Shown here: one piece after another, positions 17,121 to 25,776 of the stretch | How positions within the stretch are numbered: position 1 is the stretch's first letter | Layout: each line of letters begins with the position of its first letter | Assembly (NCBI GenBank): GCA_046292385.1 | Contig: JBKBRF010000010.1 | Span: 1-64,000 of the forward strand | Direction: 5' to 3' | Length of the DNA: 64,000 bases | DNA from: Armatimonadota bacterium | Lineage (GTDB): Bacteria; Armatimonadota; SYMT01 | Notes under the pieces: generated by a model | The model's input: the letters and a program-made list of their open reading frames with translations, nothing else | The model's database searches: none | Told to the model about the DNA's origin: nothing | Position numbers and translations under genes: made by a program

Positions 17121-19976
17121 GTGACGGCGGCAAGATTGAACGCGGTCTTGACCTTGGACGCGGGCCAGTATCATCGGGGCCTACGGGACGCGGAAGACCG
17201 GGCGCAGCGGTTCTCGCGGACCGTGAGCAGCGGCACGGGTGCGGCCTCGGACGCGCTCGGGGGCCTGGGGCGGGCCTTCAGCTCGCTCGCGTCGGTGGGT
17301 GGCGGGGCGCTGGGGATGATCTCCGGCGCCTTCTCCGCGGTGGCCGGCGTGGCGGCGAACCTGGCCGGCACGGCGCTCCGGACGGTGGCGGACGCCTTCC
17401 GGGAAGTGGTGCAGGCGGGCGGGGCCGCGGCGGCAGTAGTCGGCGGGACGCTGGCGGCGGCCTTTGTGGCGCTCGGGAAAACCGGCATCGACATGAACCT
17501 GTCGATCGACGGGGCGCGGGCGGGCCTGACGGCGCTCACCGGCTCCGCCGCGGCCGCAGAAGCGTTGGTGTCCAAGCTGCGGGAGACGGCGTTCTCCACC
17601 CAGCTCGGGTTCAAGGAGCTGCTACCACTCGGGACGCAGCTAGCCGGCGTCTACGGGCCGGAGGGCCTGGGGCGGGTCATTCCGACCATCGAAGCCTTCG
17701 ACGCGGCACAGAAGGCGCTCTCCCTCAACAGTGACGCCGTGCAGCGGGCCATGCTCGGGTTCCGGCAGATGCTCTCCCGTGGGAACCTCACGGGCGAAGA
17801 GTTGAACCAGATCCAAGAGAACCTCGACGGTGTGGACGTCCGCGGCATCCTGAAGCGGGCCTTTGGCACCGGGGACACGGAGCTGCTTGCCGATGCCGGC
17901 GTCACCGGGCGGCAGGTAGCGGACGTGCTGGTGAACTCCTTCCTGACGCAGTTCGGGGCGGCAGCGAAGGCGGCGGAGAACCGGCTGCCGGTGCTGCTCT
18001 CGGGCTTTACGGACGCCTTCCGGGAGCTGGGGGGCGGCGCCACGCGGACCGCGCTCGGGATGCTGGAGAGCGGCCTGAAGCCGATCCTCGAAGCCTTCAA
18101 GAGCCTGGCCGCCAACGAGCGGTTTGTGTCGGCCCTGGCGGTGCCGTTCGAGCTGCTCGCGGCCGCGGTGCAGAAGGTGGGCGAGGCGGCGCCGGCCTTT
18201 ACCGCCTGGCTCGGGGAAGTCGTCACCCGGGAGAACGTGATCGGGATTCTGGCGCAGATCGGCGGCGGGGTGAAGACGATTACCGACGAGGTAGGCGGCT
18301 TTCTCTCTCGCGTCACCGGGGGCGCCGGCTTCGGGTCGGTCTGGGATGCGTTCGGCGCCGCGGCGAAGAAGGCGCTGGAGCTGGTGGCGCGGGCCTGGGG
18401 CGGCGTGACCGGCGGCATTGAGTATTTCGCGCAGAACTCGGACATGTTCTGGAATGGGATCATCGCGGGCATCGACCGCGTGAAGCAGGCTATTGAGCCC
18501 TTGGTCGGCCTCGTCACCGTCCTGGCCGGCTCCCAGCTCCTCGGGGGCGGGATCGGTGGGGGCCTGAACCTCGCGGGCGGGCTGATGGGTGGCGGTGGGC
18601 TGGGAGGCGGCAACCCGATCGGGATGGCGCTCCTGGCCGGCCTCGGCATCCAGACGGCGCAGGGGCTCGCAGCAGAGAAGGCGGAGAATGCGCTCGGCGG
18701 AGGTTGGGTGGGCAAGGTGTTCGGAGACGCTATCGCCAACTTCGGCGGGCCGTCTCCGGTGCCTAACCTGGTCCGCAACCGGGAAGGGATCTTCGAGGGG
18801 CTCAAAAAGCAGATCCCCGAAGCGCTCCGCGGCATCGGTAAGAGCGTGCTCGGGACGGGGGCCGACTTCGCCGGCAGTCTCATTCCGCCGGAGCTGAAGA
18901 ACTTCGGCAGCGGGCTCCTCTCCCATATGGGGCAGAGCGGACAGGCGGCGGTCGATCGGCTCTTCGGGGGCCACGCCGCGAACGTGGCGAACGCGCAGAA
19001 GGCGATTACGCAGGCGCTCGCGCCGAAGGCCAAGGGCGACGAGCTGGCGCCGAAGATGAAGCTGTACGGGCAGGGTGCGGGCCAGGGGGCCGGCGGGATC
19101 GTGCCGGCGCTGCCGGATAAGAAGGCGCTGGCGCAGGTGCTCAAGGCCTGGGATGGCTATTACGACGCGCTGCGGGAGCAGGTGCGGCTCACGGTGGCGC
19201 AGGTGAGCGACGAAGTAAAGGCGCGGGTGGAGATGCAGGAGCTAGTGCCGCAGCTCCTCTCCCAGATGCAGACGCTGGTCCTGCCGGCGCTGCAGCGGTC
19301 GAAGCAGGGGACGGAGGAGTTCTACTCCGCGCAGCGGGAATACTTCCGCCTCTCCACGGAGATCGAAGAGCTGCGGGCGAAGGCAGCCAACGAGGAAGAC
19401 AAAGAGATCCGGCGCCAGCTTGACGACCGGCGGAAGGCGGCGGAAGAGGCGCAGAAGCGCGCACAGGACCAGCTCCGGGAAGCCGGCGCGCGGACCAACT
19501 TTGCCGAGGCGATGCTCCAGGCGAATCCCTTCCTGAACGACCGGCAGCGAATGCGGGGCCTGGTGCCGGCGCTGCTGCAGCAATTCCGAGCGCAGCTCAA
19601 CCCGATCGCCGGCGAGAGCGGCAACGAGCGGTTCGGACGTCTCACGGACGCGGCGGGGATCATCCAGAAGCTCAACGAGACGTTCGGGCTCAATCGCGGG
19701 GTGGCGCTCGCTGGCGGCGGAATGCTGAACCTGGGAGACCGCCAGGGGGCGGGGATGGTGAGCCAGATGCTCGGGCAGTTGGACGCGGCGGCGCGCCAGC
19801 CGCTTGCGCCAGCCACGGTGGAGCCGACCGGCCCGCGGAACCTGACGGTGAACTTCAACCCGAACATTCAGGCATTCGACCTCCGGGACCCGCGGCTGCG
19901 GCAGCAGCTCCATCGGCAGTTCGATGAGCACTTGACGGAGTTGTATAACCAGGGATACCCGTCCCCGTCCTACTAA
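17121..19976 (+). CDS. Phage tail tape measure protein
   Basis: TMP-type start (AARLNAVLTLDAGQY), tape-measure domain (MLGFRQMLSRGNLTGEELNQI), Ala/Gly-rich helical body, coiled coil. GTG start after AAGGGGG. Confidence 0.9.
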   Translation: MTAARLNAVLTLDAGQYHRGLRDAEDRAQRFSRTVSSGTGAASDALGGLGRAFSSLASVGGGALGMISGAFSAVAGVAANLAGTALRTVADAFREVVQAGGAAAAVVGGTLAAAFVALGKTGIDMNLSIDGARAGLTALTGSAAAAEALVSKLRETAFSTQLGFKELLPLGTQLAGVYGPEGLGRVIPTIEAFDAAQKALSLNSDAVQRAMLGFRQMLSRGNLTGEELNQIQENLDGVDVRGILKRAFGTGDTELLADAGVTGRQVADVLVNSFLTQFGAAAKAAENRLPVLLSGFTDAFRELGGGATRTALGMLESGLKPILEAFKSLAANERFVSALAVPFELLAAAVQKVGEAAPAFTAWLGEVVTRENVIGILAQIGGGVKTITDEVGGFLSRVTGGAGFGSVWDAFGAAAKKALELVARAWGGVTGGIEYFAQNSDMFWNGIIAGIDRVKQAIEPLVGLVTVLAGSQLLGGGIGGGLNLAGGLMGGGGLGGGNPIGMALLAGLGIQTAQGLAAEKAENALGGGWVGKVFGDAIANFGGPSPVPNLVRNREGIFEGLKKQIPEALRGIGKSVLGTGADFAGSLIPPELKNFGSGLLSHMGQSGQAAVDRLFGGHAANVANAQKAITQALAPKAKGDELAPKMKLYGQGAGQGAGGIVPALPDKKALAQVLKAWDGYYDALREQVRLTVAQVSDEVKARVEMQELVPQLLSQMQTLVLPALQRSKQGTEEFYSAQREYFRLSTEIEELRAKAANEEDKEIRRQLDDRRKAAEEAQKRAQDQLREAGARTNFAEAMLQANPFLNDRQRMRGLVPALLQQFRAQLNPIAGESGNERFGRLTDAAGIIQKLNETFGLNRGVALAGGGMLNLGDRQGAGMVSQMLGQLDAAARQPLAPATVEPTGPRNLTVNFNPNIQAFDLRDPRLRQQLHRQFDEHLTELYNQGYPSPSY

Positions 19977-20015
19977 CGCAACGCCTCTATCCCCATCCGC
20001 GTTAGAGGAACAACT

Positions 20016-20054
20016 AGCCCTCGCTCCCGAACAGGCGGGCGAGGGCTTTCTTTC
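20016..20054 (+). terminator. Intrinsic terminator after the tape measure gene, preceded by GAACAAC
   Basis: AGCCCTCGC...GCGAGGGCT followed by TTCTTTC. Confidence 0.7.
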
Positions 20055-20071
20055 GCTTGGAGGGCGGGCAG

Positions 20072-20416
20072 ATGTGGCGATGGGTGGCGCGGCTGGCGCT
20101 GGTGTTGATCGTGGCGGCGGGCCTGGTCGGCTGTAAGAGTGATCCGGCGTTCGTGGGGACGTGGCGGGTGAGTGGCAGCTCCGGCGAGACGCTCACCATC
20201 GGGCGCGACGGTTCATTCATCGCGGGGATGGGTGACGCCGGCTCTCGGACGGCTCAATGGAAGCTGGCAGAGGGCGACGTGCTGGAGATTCACTCGCCCG
20301 AGAATCCGCAGCCGGCGCGGAACCGGTGGACGGTGAGCGAGGACGGGAAGACGCTGACCCTGACGCCGGTGGGCGCGGAGACAGGCGCCGACACTACCAC
20401 GTTCACCCGCCAGTAG
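20072..20416 (+). CDS. Small beta-rich lipoprotein (lipocalin-like)
   Basis: Signal peptide with LVGC lipobox followed by FVGTW. Confidence 0.75.
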   Translation: MWRWVARLALVLIVAAGLVGCKSDPAFVGTWRVSGSSGETLTIGRDGSFIAGMGDAGSRTAQWKLAEGDVLEIHSPENPQPARNRWTVSEDGKTLTLTPVGAETGADTTTFTRQ

Positions 20417-20555
20417 CTCCGGCCCGACAGCAAGCGGGCCGTTCATTTGCCCGAGAACTGACGCGGGGTATCTCGGGCCGCGCCTCTCCCCTACTCGCGT
20501 CAGATTTCAGCCACGCGCGGCCGGCGGGGCATTTGCGGGAGACGGTCAGAGCGGT

Positions 20556-20882
20556 ATGACGGGCTACGAGCTGTGTAACTACCGGGAGGGAATGCGGATC
20601 GCGCTCCAGGAGCTGGCGCACGAGCTGCGGGTCTCCCGGAACCGGCTGGCGCGGATCGAGCAGCTCCCCGAGGTGCCGGCGGAAGAGGAGCCGCGCATCC
20701 TCACCGGAATGGCGCGCATCCTGCGCCGGCGGGTGCAGGTGTTGGAGCTCGCCCGCACTCACAGCGCCCGGGGGCGCGGCAGCGAAGTAGCGGCGGGCTC
20801 CCCGCTGGCTACTCCCCTACTCGGCGCCGGCTTCCAGCAAGCCGATCCGCCGCGCCTCTTCGCGTGTGAGCATCCGCAGTAA
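20556..20882 (+). CDS. HTH (XRE-like) protein
   Basis: YREGMRIALQELAHELRVSRNRLARIE; the 3' end overlaps the convergent gene. Confidence 0.55.
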   Translation: MTGYELCNYREGMRIALQELAHELRVSRNRLARIEQLPEVPAEEEPRILTGMARILRRRVQVLELARTHSARGRGSEVAAGSPLATPLLGAGFQQADPPRLFACEHPQ

Positions 20883-21017
20883 AGCGGTCAGGCTCACGCC
20901 GCCACGCCGCCGCGCCAGCTCTTCCAAGAGCGCCAGGCCGGCTTCATCTTCGTAGTGGGAGATCCGCACAGGATAGGCTTTGTTCGCCTTCCGCTTGCTT
21001 GGGGTGGAGTCGTCCAT
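20817..21017 (-). CDS. Ribbon-helix-helix (CopG/Arc-like) regulator
   Basis: YPVRI strand followed by LLEELARRRGGVSLTALLRMLTREEA helices; 66 aa. Confidence 0.65.
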   Translation of the reverse strand: MDDSTPSKRKANKAYPVRISHYEDEAGLALLEELARRRGGVSLTALLRMLTREEARRIGLLEAGAE

Positions 21018-21076
21018 AAGCCCAAGTATAGCGCGAAAAGAACACCCATACAACGCTATTAAGACGCTTCCACAAC

Positions 21077-21105
21077 CTGACACAGCGTTACTGCAACGCT
21101 ATAAT
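21077..21105 (+). promoter_or_regulatory. Sigma70-type promoter with a palindromic operator in the spacer
   Basis: CTGACA-N17-TATAAT; AGCGTT-N5-AACGCT at 21084-21100. Confidence 0.7.
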
Positions 21106-21190
21106 AAGGGTGTAGGTAAGACGAAGGGCCGGCGACACTCCCGCGAAGAAGACCGCCGACCCTCCCTGACCCCCTCAAAGGAGTCCCCTT

Positions 21191-21577
21191 ATGGTAGCAC
21201 TTCCCACGGCTGACAGTCGCGCGCAGCGAGCGGTCCGCGACTTCGACCGCTACGACTTCCGCGCCGTGGAGATCAAGACCAGCCGCGGCCCGGTGACGGC
21301 GGTTTACGTGACGGCGCCGGCCAAGAAGGACGGCTTCCGCACGGTCTACACCGTGGCGCTCCACCCGGCCGAGAACTCCGCCCGGTGTTGCTGCGGAGAT
21401 GCAATCCATCGCGGCGTCCGCTGCAAGCACGCCTGGATGGCGCTGGCGTTCCTGAACGTGAAGGAGCCGCGCGAGTTGGCGCCGCAGCCGGCCGCGGTCC
21501 CTGTGGTGGATGAGACCCCGGAAGAGCGGGCGGCGCGGCGGGCTCGCGTCCTGAAGGACCGGGAGCTGTGGGACTGA
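21191..21577 (+). CDS. SWIM zinc-finger protein
   Basis: YTV...CCCGD...RGVRCKH (CxCxnCxH); AAGGAG RBS. Confidence 0.8.
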   Translation: MVALPTADSRAQRAVRDFDRYDFRAVEIKTSRGPVTAVYVTAPAKKDGFRTVYTVALHPAENSARCCCGDAIHRGVRCKHAWMALAFLNVKEPRELAPQPAAVPVVDETPEERAARRARVLKDRELWD

Positions 21578-21861
21578 TGGAGCGGTGCGCCTGCTGCCTG
21601 AAAGAGAACGTGGGGCCGGCCGAGGCGAGAGTTTCGGTCCGGTCTCTCGGTCGCGTCTTGTGCGCGAAGTGTCGACTTGCCGGCCGGGTGCCGGATCCGG
21701 ACCACGAGCGAGAGGAGGTGCTCGAGAGTGACGTGGCGCCGCGGGGCGCCTATGGGCTGTGGGCGGCGCAGGTCCGCACCGCGGCCGGTGTCTTTGAAGG
21801 GTTCGGCCAGACCGCGCGCCAGGCGCTTCAGCGCGCCCACACGCGGGCGGGACTGGCCTGA
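21577..21861 (+). CDS. Small Zn-ribbon-like hypothetical protein
   Basis: CACC...CAKC; TGATG coupling to the SWIM gene. Confidence 0.55.
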   Translation: MERCACCLKENVGPAEARVSVRSLGRVLCAKCRLAGRVPDPDHEREEVLESDVAPRGAYGLWAAQVRTAAGVFEGFGQTARQALQRAHTRAGLA

Positions 21862-21916
21862 CACAGAGCGAGGGCGGAAGGTGCTCGTAACACCTTCCGC
21901 CCTCTTCGTTCACTGA

Positions 21917-22345
21917 ATGGAGATCCGAATGAACGTGAACCATGATACCCAACGGGAGGGCCCGGCGGAAGTTACGGCGGGGGGAGCCGATTTGGTGGCA
22001 GCTCTGCTGGCAGAGATTGCCTCGAAGGAGCCGCCGACCCTGGAAGGGGCGCGCGCGCTGGCGCTGGCGTTCCGCCAGGTGCTTGGCGTCACCGGTGAGC
22101 CGACCGCGGAGCACGCGCTACGCCTCTGGAATTGCGTAGCCGGGCAACTGCTGGAGAAAGAGCCGCGCCCGCGGCTTGAGGGCCTGGAACAGCCGATTAG
22201 GCCGGACACCACGCGCCTGGTCGCGTGGTGTGTCGCCGGCCTGCTCTTCACCCACGTCCGCGAGGGGGAGCTGCCGCACCGGCTCGACTGCGCCGAGGAG
22301 TTCCTGCGCGTGTGGCTCGACCGCCCCGAGGAGCCGTCGCCGTGA
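21917..22345 (+). CDS. Hypothetical protein
   Basis: ORF downstream of a leader hairpin, coupled (GTGA) to the MraZ-like gene. Confidence 0.55.
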   Translation: MEIRMNVNHDTQREGPAEVTAGGADLVAALLAEIASKEPPTLEGARALALAFRQVLGVTGEPTAEHALRLWNCVAGQLLEKEPRPRLEGLEQPIRPDTTRLVAWCVAGLLFTHVREGELPHRLDCAEEFLRVWLDRPEEPSP

Positions 22346-22737
22346 CGGGAACTCACTTCTACAACCTCGATCGGAAGGGCCGGGTAGTCATCCCGGCCCC
22401 ATTCCGCGCGGAGCTGGGGGAGCCGATCATCCTGGCGCGGGCACCGAACCGGACCGTGGTAGCGATGCCGCGCGACCGGTGGGAGACGGCCGCGGCGAAG
22501 CGGGACGGCGAGCTGTTCCGGAACTTCTTCCTCTCGGGCGCCGTGGAAGTGCGTCCGGACGCGTTCACCGGCCGGGTGCAGATCCCGCACGCGCTGCGGC
22601 AGCATATGGCGCTGCGGTTCCCGCAGGAAGTCACCGTGGCCGGCGTGGGAGCCGCTGCGGTGCTCTGCGAGCGCGGCCGGTGGGACGCGCACCTGCGCGA
22701 GCTGGAGACGCGCCTGGTGGCGTTCTTGCTGGGGTGA
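22342..22737 (+). CDS. mraZ: MraZ-like (SpoVT/AbrB tandem) transcriptional regulator
   Basis: GTHFYNLDRKGRVVIPAPFR and FFLSGAVEVRPDAFTGRVQIP are two DxxGR-type repeats; not in a dcw cluster. Confidence 0.8.
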   Translation: MTGTHFYNLDRKGRVVIPAPFRAELGEPIILARAPNRTVVAMPRDRWETAAAKRDGELFRNFFLSGAVEVRPDAFTGRVQIPHALRQHMALRFPQEVTVAGVGAAAVLCERGRWDAHLRELETRLVAFLLG

Positions 22738-22895
22738 AGGAACCCGGGCTCGGGTAGACAAAAGTAGACATAATAAGGGACAACTGCTCCGCCGACGCAA
22801 AGGCAACTTCTCTGCGCCGGCAGAAAGCAACTGACCCACGTTCTAGGCCAGCAGGCTAGGCACAGATTGTTAGATTTTATCCGGGGGACGAGACA

Positions 22896-22943
22896 ACTGC
22901 CTTCCAAGCAGTTGGTCGCGAGTTCGAATCTCGTCCCCCGCTT
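22896..22943 (+). repeat. att site (right boundary): 3' part of tRNA-Gly(TCC)
   Basis: 48-bp identity with 7199-7246. Confidence 0.92.
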
Positions 22944-23361
22944 TATCTCTGCTGGAAAGCCCCATACTTAGCCACGGAATCAGCCCGCTTCCGATTCCCC
23001 TGCGGCCCCTTTCCTTCCCGGAGAGGGGCCGTATCTGCGCGAGAGGCCAGTTTCTCTCCCGGCAGTGGGCCGCCCGCCGCAGCCTCTTTCCTGCCGGGCA
23101 CGGGCCAGACCAACTACTCCGGCATCGCGGCGCAGTCCCCAGCCGGTGCCATGCGCTGAATAGCACTCCCACGCCACCACCCTTTCGTGCGGCAGACCAG
23201 CTGCGCTAGCGGTTGACAGCCCAGTCCCCCTGTTCAAGGGTGTCGATCACCGAGCAACCCTCCCGGCAAGTGAGCTGGGATGATCGAGGTCTCCTCGGCG
23301 CCCGACCGTTACCGCCCGAGCCACTGGTAGCACCTCGAGGCGCCGCTGCGCAGTCGAGCTT

Positions 23362-24504
23362 CTATACTCCTCGTTCGCGTCGTTGGCCTTTGCCGGCGGG
23401 GAAGCGGTGCTTGAGGTTGAGGAACGGCTTTTCGTAGAGGTGAAAGCTGGCCACGGCGATGAGGGTGACGAGGGTGGAGCTCAAGGTGATCAGCAGGAGG
23501 GCAGAGGACCAGGTGGGGTGGGCAGGGTCGAGATAGTTGAAATGGTGCAGGGCGTGGGCGGTGGCGTAAGCAAGGGGGAGGTGGAGGAGGTAGATGCCGT
23601 AGCTGTAGCCGCCGATGGCGCGGAGCACGGGGAGCTCGTAGAAGCGCCGGGGGATGCCGCGCAGCGCGGCGGAATCGATCGACCAGACGAGCAGTGCGGC
23701 GAAGAAGGCGGCGAGGGCGCTGTAGAGCATGACGCGAAGCCAGGGGTGACGCGTGGGGTCGAAGCCCCTGGCGGTCAGGAGGATCAGCAGCAGCGCGATG
23801 GGCCCGGCGTAGCCGGCGAGGCGGCGGGTCCGTCGCTCACCGTCCGGTTGGCGGAGCAGCAGTGCGACCAGCGCGCCCGCCGCCAGCGGGTCGGCACGGG
23901 TGGGGGTCCACATGTAGAGCGCGAACCAGTCCACGCCGGCGGCGGTGAGGATGAGGCGCAGCGCGAGGGCGGCGATGATCACACCGATGCAGATGCGGAG
24001 GAGCGTGCGCGGCGAGACTGCGAAGACCACCAGCGGCCAGGCGAGATAGAACTGCTCCTCGACCGCGAGCGACCAGAGTGGAACCATCATCTCCGACCAG
24101 CGATCCCAGGTCGACTGCGTCGGCAGCCAGTAGTTGGCGGTGTAGGTCCATAGCCACGGCTGCGCGCGCCAGAGCTGCGGCGAAGATTGGGTGGTGAGCA
24201 GGAGCAGCAGTACGACGGCGAGGAAGGCGAAGTAGAGCGGGAAGATGCGCAGCGCGCGGCGGGCGTAGAAGTTGCGGAAGTAGTGCGGCGTGCCTCTGGC
24301 GTCGAGGAGGATTCCGGTGATGAGAAATCCGGAGATGACGAAGAACAGGTCGACGCCCGCCCAGCCGATCACGAGCGCCCCCGCCGCTTCAGACGTCGTG
24401 GGAAGCCAGGCAGAGTAGTGACAGACGACCACGGCGAGAATGGCGGTCCCCCGCAGGCCGTCGAGCCCCTGCCACTTCGCATGCCCGGCGGAGGTTCCCA
24501 TCAT
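23362..24504 (-). CDS. Acyltransferase-3 family (OafA/YrhL-like) membrane O-acyltransferase
   Basis: LDGLRG, GVDLFFVISGFLI, FYARRALRIFP, WSLAVEEQFY, SYGIYLLH, EKP. Confidence 0.92.
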   Translation of the reverse strand: MMGTSAGHAKWQGLDGLRGTAILAVVVCHYSAWLPTTSEAAGALVIGWAGVDLFFVISGFLITGILLDARGTPHYFRNFYARRALRIFPLYFAFLAVVLLLLLTTQSSPQLWRAQPWLWTYTANYWLPTQSTWDRWSEMMVPLWSLAVEEQFYLAWPLVVFAVSPRTLLRICIGVIIAALALRLILTAAGVDWFALYMWTPTRADPLAAGALVALLLRQPDGERRTRRLAGYAGPIALLLILLTARGFDPTRHPWLRVMLYSALAAFFAALLVWSIDSAALRGIPRRFYELPVLRAIGGYSYGIYLLHLPLAYATAHALHHFNYLDPAHPTWSSALLLITLSSTLVTLIAVASFHLYEKPFLNLKHRFPAGKGQRRERGV

Positions 24505-24849
24505 CCTGTTGTCGATCTGTGCCGCGGCGGGAAACGCAGGGGCGGAAGCGCAGTGGAACAGTCGTTCTTGCCGCTGGGATCGTGCTGGTGATCCCGACAC
24601 CGCCCGGGAATTGCGTGGATGCGCCGGCCGCTACCGCGATGGAGAGCCGGGTCATCCCCCGCCCATCTTCGTGGTACAATACGAGAGACATAGGCCAACT
24701 ACCTCTTGGCTCACTATCTCGTCCCCCGCTCTCGAACACGATGAAGTAAATAAGGCGGAAAGAGATCCATCCTCTCGCCTTCACGCGTTTTCTGGCAAGC
24801 GCGGCCGGCGTGGACCGGCCCCGTGTGCCCGCTTCCCACCGGTAACCTG

Positions 24850-25119
24850 ATGCCGCTCATCAAGATGGCCACCGCTGCGCGCCGCGCGAGGGTCGGCAGC
24901 GCCAATACGATCCGCCGGGCCCTCCTCCAGGCCGGAGTGCCCCTGGTGACCCTGTCGCCGGGGGTGTTCGCCGTGGAAGAGGCGGACCTGAACCGGTTCC
25001 TGCAGCAGCAGCAAGACGAGCCGCCCACCCCTCGACCAAAGCCCCGCCCCAGGCCCAGCAATCAGCACGGCGCGGAGAGCAGCGCCGCCCGGGCCGACAA
25101 GCGGAAGCGAAGGCAGTAG
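24850..25119 (+). CDS. Small putative DNA-binding protein
   Basis: HTH-like AARRARVGSANTIRR with a basic tail. Confidence 0.45.
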   Translation: MPLIKMATAARRARVGSANTIRRALLQAGVPLVTLSPGVFAVEEADLNRFLQQQQDEPPTPRPKPRPRPSNQHGAESSAARADKRKRRQ

Positions 25120-25159
25120 CGTTCAAGAGCGACCTGTTCAGCACCGTGAGTGGAGTTAG

Positions 25160-25516
25160 GGATTCTCTCCACGAGACCCACATCTCTCCGGGAGTCCACC
25201 CCGTGCCCTCACCTCCCGGAGCGGCCCTCCCGCGTGGATGGCCCTTCGCGGCCCTTTCACGCTCCGGCTTCGCCTCCGCTAGCGGGCGCTGCGGACGTGC
25301 GGACCGGAAGCCTGCGCGCCGCGTCCGGAAACTGCGGCTGCTTCGATGCTGCGACTCACGGACCGCTCCGTCCGGCTCAAGCACGGCCCCCTCGCCAGGG
25401 GGCCTCACAAGTGGAGCCCTCCGGATCTGCCTGCGGCAGACCCTCCGCGCTCCGAAGGGCCAGCACCGACGGAGAATCTGCACGGCCCGACAGTACTCTC
25501 GTGTTGAGTAGTGCAG
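25160..25516 (+). repeat. Non-coding dispersed repeat (MITE-like), copy 1
   Basis: Similar over ~350 bp to the reverse complement of 43569-43930; 48-nt identity between 25247-25294 and 43786-43833. Confidence 0.8.
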
Positions 25517-25776
25517 AAGGGCTGATCGCCAGCCGTTGCTCCCTCGGCGCGAGAGCAGATCAGCCGGCGAAGCCCAACTCGATTCGAAATCTGTGTCCCT
25601 TCTGTTGGTTCGACTGTGTCCTTCTGTGTCCAGAAAAAACTGCCCCACCCCCGGAGCTCCGCCTCGACACCCGCGTCGGTGAGCATCCGGTGAACCGCCA
25701 CAGAGGGAGTTCTCGATCCGACGGGGAACACGTCCGTGGCACCTCTCCCGTGCCGGCGGAATCCGAGGATATTCAC

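Larger units (their letters stand above)
7199..22943 (+). mobile_element. Integrated phage-satellite-like element (15.7 kb) at tRNA-Gly
   Basis: 48-bp perfect direct repeats, integrase next to the left repeat, replication module, TerS and tail-related genes. No recognisable capsid, portal or TerL. Confidence 0.85.

Noticed and set aside
7199..22943. Complete prophage or tailocin/GTA
   Set aside because: No capsid, portal, TerL, tail tube/sheath, baseplate or lysis genes were recognised, and the element has its own integrase and replicon.
25150..25776. N-terminal extension of the Gfo/Idh/MocA protein
   Set aside because: It runs through the dispersed repeat; the Tat signal and RBS place the start at 25777.
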